Below, in pieces: positions 33,301 through 46,739 of a DNA stretch of 64,000 bases. The notes below the pieces were generated by a model. That model saw only the letters and a list, made by a program, of their open reading frames with translations. It was not told the DNA's origin and did not search any database. The stretch is from contig CATNEN010000041.1 of NCBI GenBank assembly GCA_950097015.1, positions 3,410,001 through 3,474,000 on the forward strand, given 5' to 3'. This DNA comes from Macrostomum hystrix (taxonomy: Eukaryota > Animalia > Platyhelminthes). Made by a program: the position numbers and the translations under genes. The number at the start of each line of letters is the position of its first letter. Positions within the stretch are counted from its first letter, which is position 1.

Positions 33301-36300
33301 AAATACGGTGAAATTTTACCTGTAGAGTTATTAAATTCTGGAACAGTGGCATGCCGACGTGTCCCGTAGTCACGCAGGTAGGTGGAGTGCATGTGGAGCC
33401 ACCCGTCGCTTCGGACTGTCCGTAGCCCTCCATGACAGGACATCCGAAGGCAGCCCTGGCGAAGCGCATCACAGACTCGGCCAGCGGTGCGGAACCCACA
33501 ATCACCAATCGGATGCGGCCGCCCGTGGGCTCGCGCACCCTTGAGAACACCAGCGAGTCCCATACAGAGTTGTTGCGAATGATGCCTCGATCAACTTCTT
33601 CTGTCTTTTTGCGCAGCGCTAGGTTAAAGATCAGCGACTTCAGACAGCTGCTGGCAGCATTGGCGTGCGCTAAGTCGTAAATTCGATTTAGCAGACGGGG
33701 CACCGTGCAGAAGATGGTAGGTTGTAGTTCGCGCATATCGGCCGTGAGACCAGCAATGTCACCACGAAAGAACCCGATCCGCATGCCCTGCATATAGCAG
33801 TAGAGCTGCATGATGCGCTCGAAGATGTGCGCCAGAGGCAGGTAGCTTAGGTACACATCATCGTGGTGGGGCACTGGCACATTCTAATTGGGAAATAGTC
33901 AATGAGAGATTATTCAATTCCGTGACATTAACTTTAACAGTGTGTATCATCTTTAAAATCAGGAAACATCCGTTAAACAATTTTTCTGTTAGACCTAATC
34001 ACACATTAGGGGCCGATGAGCCAAACGTCGCACAGCTGGTATAGGATTGCCCATCACAGGTTTTGACACTTCTTGAGTAAGTGTTGGTAAGAATTCGATT
34101 GACCGTAGTACTGTTGCAAGCGATTCAAAATGTACATGTCTCCATCCCCTGCAGAGTTTCATTCTGCTTTCGATGAGCTCTGACCTCTTTTAAACAGAAA
34201 AATCACTCACCCTCCCCCCGTGGGCCACGAGGAACTCATGCATGCCGAGCACCTCTGCTACGAGGTTGCCATGAGTCATTTGTACTCCCTTCGGTGGGCC
34301 TAAAACAATTGCAAAAGATATTATTAGCTTAAGTTGCGATGAACCGCTGCCGGATTTTTCTTGCGTTTGTGACAGAAACAAGTGCGTAAATTTGTACTCG
34401 TAATCACAGTGCTCAGTATTTACTGTCTGCAGTGACGTTCTTTCCAAGCTTCCGAAACTCCATCTGTGTCTCCCTGTGCTCAAGATGGAAGCACATTTTA
34501 GTCATTCATTGCATCTTTCTTAAAACTTTCAATATTATTTCTTAGCAGACTGGAGAAAGAGGGTGCAAAATTCTGCAAAGCTCAGTCATTTCTACAACAG
34601 TTTTAAGAGAGAACAAGCTGTGTTCTGTTCGCCCGAAATTCCCTGATAAAAACTAAATTTACCCTATATAAAAAGTCGGGGTAGAAAATTAAGTACATTT
34701 TCTTTTCTGGTGCAACTCAAGGGGTCCTAATTGTAAGGTGTTCAGAGGAAACTTCTTTGGAGACATTAGTTCTTCTATAGTGAAGAACTTTCGCAGTCTC
34801 AAAGCTGAAGACAAAAGCATTTTAATGGTACAACAAAATACGGAGGTAACAGTAAAGAGTGCAAAGTACTCGTACATAGAAAACTTAAAACAGAGATTGC
34901 GAGACTGCAGCTGCCCTAAAAATAGAAAGGAAATGTTTTAGTTTCATACCACGAATCAATATAGAAATATGGCAATATTGTGCGTGCCTCGCTCGGTTTT
35001 TACACACGATTGTTTTCTTCAGTTTATGTATTACTAATAAGATACAATTCAATTAATTTGACTCATCCAACCCGTGTTTTATTAATTAAACACCACACTC
35101 CCAGGCACGAAGGTAGAAAGAGACAGCAGTTGCGACACAGCAGAGAGCGAACGAGGGAAGGGCACCGTCTATGGCCCATATACAATATACAAACAACAAA
35201 ACACACAAATTGTTTCGAAGAAAGTATTCAAAATGCACACAAAAAGGCTAAAGCAAGAAAAAGGAAGCAAGGAAAAAGAAAAAATTTCACACCACGCAGC
35301 GCGAAGAAACAAGGCTGGGCAGTACGCGGGCGCCGGCTGAAATGCAACCCAGCTCAAGGCGGAGGGGTGGGTGTCTGGGGTGGGTGTTTACACCCAATCA
35401 GCGAGCGCCGATTGGACACTACAATCCCACTTCCGCTAAGTTCGTCTAATGTTTAACTTAATTGTGTAATCAACCATAATGAACCATCCTGTTTTGGCAT
35501 AACAACATTCACCAAATAATATAATCAGCACTTTTAAACGCAGATAAATATTGTGTTTTTTTAATATAAATATATACAGTTAAATATAAGCGCATATAAA
35601 TAATAGTATACATTTTTGCGACCTATTCACAGATAGTACTCGTAACTCGTAGAAGATACTATATTTTAGTGCATTCTAGTAATCTATGGACCTAGCTCGA
35701 ATTAGAATATTAGACCACTGGCGGTGATTGACTGTGGACCAATAATTATGAGGCCGCAGGAAGTGATCAACCCCAGTTTGGATTATAGAATACTGACTGA
35801 GACCACACAGGCGGTGGTCGAGTGCTGAGCCTGGTTATGAGACCGCAGAGATTGATCGAGCCCTGATTGGGGTCTGTGCTTACCAGTTGTGCCGCTGGTG
35901 TAACAGAGAACAGCCAGGTCAGATCTGCCCAATGGCTGGTCCTGCATTTCCTGTTGCTTGTCAGATGCTTTCTGCTGGTCCTGCAGCTCTCTGCCAGTCT
36001 TTAGCACAGTTGACCAACTCCAGACCCTCGGAACAGTGGTCGAATTCCCCGATCCGCTGTCAGGTGCTGTTTCCAGCTGGATGAGGTGTGCAATTTGAGC
36101 TCCGGACTTTAGCCGTGTCAGACCCGCAGCCTGGGTTGGGCCCTCACAGAGCATCACTGTGGCACCAGTTTGCTTCAACACGTAGTCACAGGCCTCGTCA
36201 CCGAGAGTATCGTATAATGGGACTGGCACGAGACCAGTCATGAAGCACCCGATCTCCAGCGTGGCCCATTCGGTGCGATTCCTCGACCAAATCGCTACAA

Positions 36301-37943
36301 AACTGCCGCGTCGAAGATTAAGCTGCTTGGTGAGGAACAGGCTCACGCAGCGGGCCTGCTGTAATACCTGGCGGGTGGCGTAGGACAACTTTCAACTTGG
36401 CGTAGGTTCTGAAGTGTCTGTGGTGCTTTTGACTTGAGTTTTAGCTATGTGCAGATTTTTTCACCGCACTATCACTATTCTTGTTCTATCATAGGAAACT
36501 TTAATGTTGGTAATGAGTAAGATATTAGAAGTGAGCAATAGGAAATGAGCAATTAGTACTAAAAGAGCTTAGAATTTTGCCTGACACGTACGCTCGCATT
36601 ATTGCGTTAGCCCGGATTGACCGGTGTCACAATAACTTGCTGTCACAGCTCACCTCTCTGTATGACAGCCAGGTGAACGGTAATCTCTCGCTGTCCCGCC
36701 GACCCAGACAGGGCTGTGAGCGAGACACCCGCTCGCCCGCCAGGAACAGGTCCATCACCGTCTGGTGTGGACTGTTGGCCAGGCGTCTGGCAAAGACTTC
36801 GTTCCTCTACGCGATAGTTCGGGGTAAGAATATTTTATATGCGCGAGTGATTCCGACCAGAGATACATAATTCTACATAATTGACGCATTCTCGGTCATT
36901 TTGTCTACCTTAACCTTCAACTTTACCTTCCTCACTTTATTTGTCTCGGTCAGTTCCCCATCTGGCACACCAGCACACCAGCTTCATCTAAACTGCACAC
37001 AGCTTTCCTCCGCCCGCTCCCTTCCGTACACTGCCTGAATACCCACCAAGCAAACTGACCGAGCAGCTCAATTAGTGGTTACTATAGCATATGTTTTCTC
37101 TGTTAGAAATGCATTTAGAGAATAGATTGAACGTGAAAATTTCAGCTACAGGCAGATCACAGTGAGTAATTAAAGAGCCTACAACTCTATAAATAAAGTG
37201 ATGGCTTAAGTGTAGCATGCCGTGCAGAGTGCTGCATTTTTCTTAATGCTTTTATGCGTGTTTCTTGTCTGCTTTTGACCCACCCGTTCCCACGGAATTC
37301 AGAAGCTCTTGCGCGGCTCACACCTACGAGTATAAAGTGCATTCCTACATGCCTTCAAGTACAACCCCCATCAGGTGATACATGATTCCAAGTTCTTCAG
37401 TGGTTCTATGGATGAGAAGAGAAACCTGAGAAAGCATACATCTATCTCAGGAAGTAGACACCCGAGCTTTGATCATTTAACTACCTTCTGTGCATCGTTG
37501 CCTCTGTTCTCGTGTGTCATGAATAGCAAGACAGTTTCTCAATAGTCTCCTTTGCATTCCTTCCTTAGGGACTTGGGAAATCTATTCTGTTTTTTTGGGA
37601 CTAAGATCGTTGAGACTGTAATGAACGTCAAGAAAAATGACAGCTCTACCACTGAGACTAAGAGCCGAGAGCTCTATCAATGGTTTGCTTGTGAGTGCCT
37701 TCGCCGCGATCTCAAAAGCAGAACCAGACTTGCTGCTTTCTTATCGCGATGCAACTGAGGTCAGGCTCCAAAACTCCATTCGAAGACGCAGTCTGTTTTG
37801 AAATCCAACGTTAAATTCATGCTACTAATTGTTGTACTAGCAGTCTAAAAACTCACCTGCTCCTGATCCTCGGGTCGCATGCTCCTCAGAATCTCTGCCT
37901 CATCGTCAGGCGGTGTCTGCGGGGCCACTTTGGCGTGGGCCAT
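30358..37943 (-). CDS. ACSL: Long-chain fatty acyl-CoA synthetase (~675 aa, 7 exons)
   Basis: complement(join(37857..37943,36654..36806,35884..36367,34211..34299,33320..33883,32579..33082,30358..30504)); 2028 nt in frame. YTSGTTG|PPKG, SYLPLAHIFER, EGYGQSE, GWLHTGDIG, IDRKKHIFKLAQGEY, LLTPTFK. First exon least certain. Confidence 0.9.
30790..30895 (-). mobile_element. Possible degenerate tRNA-like SINE head or repeat fragment
   Basis: Minus strand TAGCCCAGGGG (A-box-like) and a weak B-box-like GTCCGTTCC. Confidence 0.3.
32066..32430 (+). mobile_element. tRNA-derived SINE, copy 1 (in ACSL intron)
   Basis: A box TGGCAGAGCAG, B box GTTCGATTCC, (AAT)n tail; collinear with 56710-57074. Confidence 0.85.
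35277..35419 (-). repeat. Isolated copy of the Ngaro terminal repeat
   Basis: Matches 52178-52333 and stops about 7 bp short of the ORF1 ATG position. Confidence 0.8.
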
Positions 37944-38556
37944 GTTCGCGGTGGAGCTCCTCGCGCTGGAAGGTCGTGTCTAAGCTTTTCTGCAGAAAAT
38001 CACTGCTACTACGCTGCTTCTTCCGCCCAAGATCTGCAATCAGAAGGCTAAGCATGTATCAGAGGAGACGGGTCACCTCCACTATTTTTCCGACCGGCTA
38101 TGGGCTGGGTCTAGTAGCAACAATGAGGGGGGAGGAAAGAGGTGAGAGTACAGCCAAGCCCTCTCAGCCAATCTACAATTCGTTCCTGGCTCTGGCTGGC
38201 AAAGTGAACTCTGTGTGGGTGCTAGGATTCCGATTTGCTGCATGAGAAGACAATACGTAGCAGTTAAAATGGCGGCTAGTCTTCCTGCTGTCCTGTACGA
38301 TAGGGATTTAGGGGAGAAAAAGATAGGAGAGGGCTGAACCTATGGCGCCAATAGCATATACGTGTACTTTTCGTGTCTACTTTTAAGTCTTGTGCACACC
38401 CACACAAGATTTGTTATTTATGATTGCAGATTACATACATTTGAGTTACTGGTTACAGGTTATTACATACTTGCATGCAAGCATGATAGCATGAAACATA
38501 GCATGATGGATTATACAGCCGCTTGCAGAAAGTTACATTGGCCAGTATAGTAAGAA

Positions 38557-38965
38557 AGACGGGCCTTTCAGGCCAAACGCTTTGATATTTTGATATAAGC
38601 AGAAAAAGGGTACCATCCTCTCACTCAAATCTTTCTCCAGAATACAGAATCTGACTATAAAATCCCTGGCGATTTTAAAATATCACCCTCAGTCAAAATC
38701 TGTTTCTAGGCTCCAGAATCCAGAATCTTTCATCACAATTAAAACCCTAGCCTTTATATTTGGTGCCCAGAACATATCCGTCATCTTTCTTATTCACCAT
38801 AAACCCATAAAAACTCATAATAATAAGCCAACGGCTCTCTGGCCTCCCGCTCGGCTTTCACACGGTTTTTTGGGGTATAAGGAAGGATTAAATGCTTTCT
38901 CAATGCCCATTTCAATTTTTCTGTATTCCAGAGAAGATTAAAACGTGTGGCCTGAAAGCCTGTCT
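38557..38965. mobile_element. MITE-like element with ~28-bp imperfect TIRs
   Basis: agacgggcctttcaggccaaacg versus the reverse complement of cgtgtggcctgaaagcctgtct. No clear TSD. Confidence 0.45.
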
Positions 38966-40027
38966 ATTTAAGCTTTTCTGACAGTTAATTTTTTCTATTG
39001 ATTGCAACAATTTGCAACACTTACATATACGCTCGTATTTAGTGCTCTTTAAAACGAAGCAGTTAATCACATGAGAAGTTGGTCAGGACAGAATGTGAAT
39101 ATTTCAAGTCTGTTTTCTTCTCTGAGTTGGCGGGTCGCACCATGCGGGTCGCACTTCGAGTACGCTTTTTCTTTATAAAGCCCAGTTGTGTTGTTTTTAC
39201 TTCGAGCCTGCAGAGTATTTATAGGCTCACAATGGCCAGCCCGCTAAAATCTAAAGCTCATCACATGACATGCGGTATTTCAACTCTCAAACTTGGGTTC
39301 GCCTCTAGCCCCATGCAATTCATGCTTCTGAGCCATTGTTAGCAAAATAGTGCGAGGCGATCTCTTTCTTGAGCGTGTGGAATAGATAGTGCTAGCGAAA
39401 CAAAGAATGAGAAACATTCGCAATTTAAAACATTTTTACCGAAGGCGGTCAAAGGTGCCCTTTTTCGCCTTCGGGAAAGTAAATTACCTAATTTTACCGC
39501 TTTCCGCCGCGACAGTAAGTTCTCTAACTTACAGCTACAGCAAACAACTGCGGCTCTGACAAACAAAACAGAAACAACTGCAGATGAGGCCATATAATAA
39601 AACACTATAGGCCACATTTTAGGTCTATTGGTCGGCGTCCTATCAATCAGAATCGTAGCGTACCCATGTCTCCAACATTGTTCAACTTTTAGAGGTCCTA
39701 AAATATAGCCGTACACGTAGTTGAAATTAGCCATGAAAATCTAAATTGCATCGGTCTGTCTGTTTGGGGGCGGTTGGCATGCGTGCGGTGTGTGAGGCTG
39801 TTTGGTATGCCATTTAGGCCTCGTGCTTAACTCCGTGGCTGGGTGTTTTTTGCTGTATTTTTTCATTTTATTTTTGTTTCTCATCCATCATATCATATCA
39901 TTCCTCAAATTCTCATTCCTCTATTACTTCTAGCAATTATTTTTTCACTCATTGATATTGAAAGAATTAAAAAATAATGCTTAGTGAAATATAGCGTGAA
40001 GCTCGGTGTTTTTTCTGAGATTTTTGT

Positions 40028-43000
40028 TGTGGTTGCGTGGGTCTGCTCAGTTGCTCCGCTCAGTGTAATGTAACAGTGCAGGTGTACAACTGCACGCGCG
40101 CGTGTGATTGGCTGACGCTTTGTCAGATAACCTTTATTTTTGGCCAGCTATGATAAATACAAGCTCTCTGCCTTTGGGGGGTCTTACCCCCGAAGTGGAG
40201 TTTTCATAGTGGCGACGAGACTGAAACGATCCTGCGCAAATGAGTAGTGCAAGTGCACTAGGGCTCGTCGGTCCATACGAAGAAGGCTCTGAGCCGTGGC
40301 GTATGTACCAAGCAAGGTTAGAACAATATTTTGTTGCCAATGACGTCACTGAGAAAGCGAAAAAGCGAGCGATTCTGCTGAGTTCATGCGGCAAGAAAGT
40401 CTTTAATCTGGCCTTCAGTCTTCTGTCTCCTGCACAGCCATCAGCCAATAGCTACACCGAAATTTGCGAAGCACTGAAGAGCCATTTCGAGCCTGAGGAG
40501 TCCGAGATCGTCCATCCTTACCGGTTCTACACCAGAAATCGCAGGGAAGGTGAGGGCGTCGCTGACTTTGTCGAAGACCTCCGATACCTGGCTCGCGACT
40601 GCAAGTTCGGCGACAGCCTGACTTCAATGCTTCGCGACAGGCTGGTGCTGGGAATCAACAACGACAGTGCTCAGCGGCGGCTGCTGGCGGAGCCCGATCT
40701 CACTCTAGCGAAGGCATTGAAGGTGGCCCTGGCCCACGAGTCCGCCGTCAAGGGCTGCCAGCTGGTGTCGGGAGCGAGTAAGCCAGATCCAGTCAGTCAG
40801 GAGTCCGTCAGCATTGTCAAGCAACAGCAGAAGTTATCTTCGACAAGGAAGTGCTTCAGGTGCCTGTCAAGTGAAGGCTGCATCTGCGTTGCTGTGGAAG
40901 CTGCTGAAGCACCGCCCAAGCCACTCAGCCTCCTTGTGGTTGCCGGCTGCGGATCCGACCTGCTCGGAAGAGACTGGCTGTCCGAGTTGCGGCTCGACTG
41001 GAGATCAATCAAGCAGGTGGCAGCTGCTCCTGAGGTGTCGCCCAGACTGCAGCAGCTGCTAGGCAAGTACAGCCATGTTTTTTCGCCTGAGCTTGGGAAG
41101 TACAACGGACCGCCAGTGAGTTTGAATATAAAACCCGATGCTCAACCTCGCTTTATGAAGGCCAGGAATCTCCCCTTTGCTTTGAAGGACAAGGTGGAGA
41201 GCCAACTGAACCGCGAGATCGAACAAGGAATCCTGGTGCCCGTGCAGCACTCCGAGTACGCATCGCCGGTGGTGCCAGTGCTCAAGTCCGACGGCTCTGT
41301 GAGGGTCTGCGCCGATTTCAAGCAGACCGTCAACCCGAACGCCGACGAGCTGTTCGCGAAGCTGACTGGTGGGCGGCTCTTCACTAAGCTCGACTTGTCG
41401 CAGGCGTACATGCAGCTGCCACTCGATGAGGCCTCCCAGGAAGTCTGCACGATCAATACGCACAAAGGGCTGCTTCGGTACACGCGGCAGCCTTTTGGTG
41501 TCTCGCCAGCGGTCGGAATTTTTCAGCGCCGGATGGACTGCTTGCTGCAAGGAATCACCAGCACCGCCTGCTTCATCGATGACCTCATCATCACCGGGAA
41601 GGACGACAGCAGTCATCTGAACTCCCTGGAGCAGGTTCTGGACAAGCTGAGCCAGAGCGGCCTCCGGTGCAAGCTGGAGAAGTGCCAGTTCATGCAGACG
41701 AGTATCAGTTATCTCGGTCACCGCATGCCGAGGGCCTGCATCCGATCAAAGACAAGATCGAGGCAATTGTCAGCGCTCCAGCTCCCAAGGACGCAACTCA
41801 GCTGCGCAGTTTCCTAGGCATGATGAACTACTATGGCAAGTTCCTGCCTAAATTATCTCAAGTCCTGGCACCGCTGCACCTGCTGCTGCGCGAGCAACAC
41901 CGCTGGAACTGGGGCGCTGCTCAGAACGCCGCTTTCGAGAAGTGCAAGACACTGCTGTCCTCGGCTCCGGTGTTGGCGCACTTTGACCCGAGCAAAGTCC
42001 TGCTGCTCGAGTGCGACGCGTCCCCTTACGGTCTGGGCGCGGTCATCAGCCACAGGATCGATGGAGCTATCCGGCCTGTAGCCTTTGCCTCGCGTACGTT
42101 GCACGACGCTGAGAAAAACTACTCGAATCTCGAGAAGGAAGCCCTCGCGGTAGTGTTTGCGGTCAAGAAGTTCAACGCGTACCTGGTCGGCCGGCCATTT
42201 CTGCTGGTGAGTGACCACAAACCTCTGCTTGGATTGCTTACTGAGAACAAGGCCGTGCCGGCCCTGGCATCTGGAAGAATTCAGAGGTGGGCTCTGCTGC
42301 TGTCTGGCTATAACTACCGCATGGTTCACTGAGCCCGGAGCCTCACTGCTGTGCGCCGATGCCCTGAGTCGCCTGCCGCTGCCCGACAAGCCGGCGACGG
42401 TCCCGAAGCTGGCAGAGCTGGTCATGCTGATGGACCACCTGGACGATGGACCTGTCACGGCAGCTCAGATACGCGGCCTGACTCGAAGGGACCCTACACT
42501 TGCCCGAGCTCTGCACTTCACGCAGATTGGCTGGCCAGAACGGGTCAGTGACGATCTGCTGCCATACTCCAAGAGAGCGGTTGAGCTCAGTGCGCAAGAC
42601 GGCTGTCTTGTCTTGCGCTCGAGTGTTGGTCCCGGTCGGAGCGCGAGCTGCACTGCTCCAGGTGCTGCATCAAGGTCATGCGGGGGTGTCTCGCATGAAA
42701 ACATTAGCCCGAGGTTATTTCTGGTGGCCAGGATTAGACTCGGAGATTGAAAACCTGGCCAAGGCCTGCGCTGACTGTCAGAAGTTGCAGAACGCCTGGG
42801 CGCCTTCGCCAATGTTGTCGTGGCCGTGGCCTGACCGACCGTGGTCTCGAGTGCATATCGACTATGCGGGTCCCGTGTCTGGCAAGATGCTGCTGGTTGT
42901 CGTCGATGCCCATTCAAAGTGACTGGATGTGCATGTGGTGTCGTCAGCGACCTCAGCTGTCAACATCCAGAAACTCCGCTCAAGCTTCGCGACGCACGGC

Positions 43001-44183
43001 TTGCCAGATATGCTGGTGTCGGACAATGGGCCCAACTTGGTCAGCGAGGAGATGTCCGACTTTCTGCGGAAGAACGGCATTCAGCACGTGCGCGTTGCTC
43101 CCTACCATCCGGAGTCCAACGGCCTGGCGGAACGAGCTGTCCAGACGCTGAAGCGGTCCCTGGAGAAGCAGCGCGAAGGCTCCTTGGAGGATAAGGTCGC
43201 CCGGTTCCTGCTGAGCTATCGGGTCACTCCGCATGCGACAACTGGTGTGGCTCCCTGTGAACTCCTGATGGGACGGCGACTGTGCACGTTGCTAGATGGA
43301 GCTCGGCCAGACCTGGGAGCAAGAGTACAGCGTAAGCAAAGTCAGCAAAAAAGAGCACTACGACTGCAAAGCTCGGTTCCGGACCTTCGAGACTGGAGAC
43401 GCTGTACTGGCCAGAGACTTTGGAGCCAACGGAGGTCGGTGGAAGCCGTCGCGAGTTGTCGGTGCCGCCGGTCCGGCCTCCTACCTGTGCGGCTTCGATG
43501 GCGACGACCGAGTGGTGCGGCGCACGTTGACCATGTCCGCGGTGGTCCTGAGCAGCCGCGGACTACCGGAGCTGGCGTGACAGACGGTGCTACCGACGCC
43601 AAGGCCGCACCTGAGCCTGAAGCTACGATGCCGGCCGTGGACGAGCCGCCAAACCTGTCTGCTCCTGGAGACCCTGAGATCGACGGGTCTCTGCGCCTAT
43701 CGTCGCGAGTTCGACGTCCCCCGGAGCGCCTGAGCTACGGGTGACGTCATCCGTGGAAGAGACTGTTTTGATTGACTGTGGTGTTCGGACGTTTAATTTT
43801 GGATTTTGAACTTTGTTCTTGTTATGGGTTATTTTCCTTTATTCTGTTCTGTCGTTGCTTTTCTGTCTTGTGTTGCGTAGTTTTGGTGCTGGTTAATTAG
43901 TATTTATTATTAAGTTATTTATTGAGTTATTGTGCCTCACTATAAAATGCATTGTTCTACTGTATTCTCTTGCGATCCCTGATCCCCATGTAGATGGGGA
44001 GGGATGTGGTAGCGTGGGTCTGCTCAGTTGCTCCGCTCAGTGTAATTTATGTAAATTACAGTGCAGGTGTACACCTGCACGCGCGCGTGTGATTGGCTGA
44101 CGCTTTGTCAGACAACCTTTATTGTTGGCCAGCTATGATAAATACAAGCTCTCTGCCTTTGGGGGGGTCTTACCCCCGAAGTG
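40028..44183 (+). mobile_element. Ty3/Gypsy LTR retrotransposon, degenerate
   Basis: LTRs 40028-~40206 and 44005-44183 (diverged; 3' copy lacks the last ~10 nt); PBS tggcgacgag 40210-40219; PPT agatggggaggga 43992-44004. RT LDLSQAY and FIDD, RNase H CDAS and SDHKPL, integrase VHIDYAG, SDNG, AERAVQ. Protease site deleted; several frameshifts; TGA at 42920. Confidence 0.92.
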
Positions 44184-46739
44184 TATCGTGAGTGGCCTTC
44201 CACGCTTATTTATTGAAAACTTCACAAACAGGCTCAAGCGGATGGGGTAGGTGGACAATGCCGCTGCACATTAGAAGGCTAGAGGTGAGTAAATAAGCGT
44301 AGTGGAAGCTCTGATGTAAGCAAGTCACAGTCACAAAATAAATAAACTAATTCTAAAACATATGCCTAGCGCCTTCAAAACAGTATATTTTAGTTATTTT
44401 TCTTGTCAGTCAGTACATTGTCTGTTTCATTTGAAATCAGGCAATCAATTTGCAGTAGTTTTTTTGTCCGCAGTCTTGTCCACATCAAGTTATCTTAGGC
44501 AACCAAACAGTTATGGTACCAGACAGGTCTCACAATTCATGTTTAAGCCATGATTAAAGTGCTCGTGAAAATATGTTTTATTTGCTGCTCTCGAAAGTTA
44601 AAGACCTCGCTGTGCGACTGTGCGCGCCAAAATGTTTCTACGAGCGTATGGCCAAATTCAGGGAAAAACTTGTTAACTGCAGGAATGTTTGAGGCGCAGC
44701 ATAAAATAGCCCGTAGAAGTGCCGATTCAGTATGAACCAGGGTATGGATGACTTTACACCAGCCCCACGGAGCACATCTGCAACAATGGATCTTGATTTC
44801 ACCATGGCTGAGAGGCGATGGCAGTCCAGATTCTATGCGCTCAAGCGGAATGAGTCGAACGAGTCGAATATACTCAGCAGGAATGAGCTCTCAAAGTTGG
44901 GAGGAACTATCGAGCGCCTTACGGCCAAATCTGACAGACCGCTCTTAATCCCTGTGCTCGAGGATGGCTACCTTGGAAAACCTGCTGTGAGTTCTTTCCC
45001 CAGTCCTTTTCCTACGATAAAGTGAAAATGTATAGTATTCCTCTGCTCTCCAATTCTTATGGTTTCTTATGGATCCATGTGGTTCTCTTCTTTATCTACA
45101 TATGGCTCTCATTGCAGGATCTGAATGTGTTCCAAAACTCGCACCACAGGAGTCTGTGTCATGCCCGTGAAAGGCGATAAGTCCTCGCGGTACAGTTATG
45201 TTGAGCTGAACTTTCGAATCATGCGAAAAAAATGTCGACACGTACGGTGGCTATTTGCTGTAACGGAAGGGTGTCCGTCACAGTGACCTTTACAAGACAA
45301 AATTCCTTTCCTTCTGGACACACTGTGCTAAGGTGCGCATGCGCTGCAGCATCAAGCTTTGTCACATCTTTTACGGCCTCATGTCGTAATTGGGACTGGT
45401 GCGCGGCCTACACTTCTGCATTGACGGTTTCGGCGATGCCTTTGGCAATGTTGGTTCTGGTGGGCTTTTTATATCTCAGACTAGTATTTTTTTGTTTCTG
45501 TCATTATCTGTCCAGCTTTTCTCATATTTGTAGGCGCCAAGTGGGCGCGCGTTCATTTAGTCGTGTTAGCAGTAGGCCCTGAGTTATATCGTAGTGTGCG
45601 TAGAGTTGCGAGCGATTAATGTACATCTGCACCCATCGGCCGCACGTTGCATGTTCATCACCAAATATCAAATATAATCGATTGCTCAGAGCCTACTTCG
45701 CTTTAGGCTTTTTCGTCTACACAAATCATCTCTCGGCTCAGCACTCCTTACAATATTCTCTTGCCGACTTCTGCGAATTTTTATCCCCTGTAATAGACCA
45801 AAAAAATGAATCTGAACTGTCCCATACATTCAGCCAGATTTCTAGCGAGAAGCTACAGCTTCTGTACGAGTAGATTACGAATTACTTAAAGTAGATTATT
45901 CTTTCACAACAGAATCATGGTACGAGTACTCTAAGTACTTTATTAGTACATGCAAAGCTATATACATAATTACCGCTATATAACGCTAAAAAGGCATTTG
46001 CCCAGGATGGAGCTCAACTTCAATGGTTCAGCAAACTCCTACACCTTGCTGCCGGTAACGACATTTACGTCAGCTTGGCCTCCGAGTTAACTCGCAAAAT
46101 AGTGGAACAGACTGTTGTGTCCCGGGACGGACCAGTCGGCTTCGCCTCACGCTCGCTACGAGCGGGGAGGGTCAGCACTCCAGTCCCACCGCGTGTCGGC
46201 TCACCGTCGCACTGAACGCACGGGCAGTCAGCCGACAACCGAGGTCGCAACAGACGCACAGACCCGGTGACTAGCCCTAGTACCAGGCCCGAAATGAATG
46301 AATGCAAAGAGCGGCACTTACTCTGAATCGCGTGGCGTTGACTCACAGCGGCCAATCGGTGTGGCGTAGTTTAATTTGATTACATAAAAAAATTACTCAT
46401 AACTGCCTCATAACTTGAGTTTTTACTGCTTGCTCCAGCTATCAATTGGATATCCACGATACTGTGAATGAATATCTGGCGCACAGAATATATATTACTC
46501 GAACATTTAGTAATATCATGTTTTACTAAGAATGCTAGAGATTTTCTAACCGCAGACTACATACACGACCGTATTTAACAGCTTTTATTTTTTGGAACAT
46601 CTACAATCGAGGGGTTTGGTCGGGGCTTAGAAGATAACGCCCCCAATTGGGTGTTGGGTCAAAGGCCCCATCAGCACAAGATTTTTTTCATTTGCCCTGC
46701 TTGTCTATCTCGCGTTGCGTGGTGTAAAATTTATATTTC

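Noticed and set aside
44732-45350. Possible Ginger/KRBA2-type integrase N-terminal remnant (NSHHRSLCHA)
   Set aside because: Only a faint His motif, broken frames and no DDE core; cannot be supported without an HMM search.
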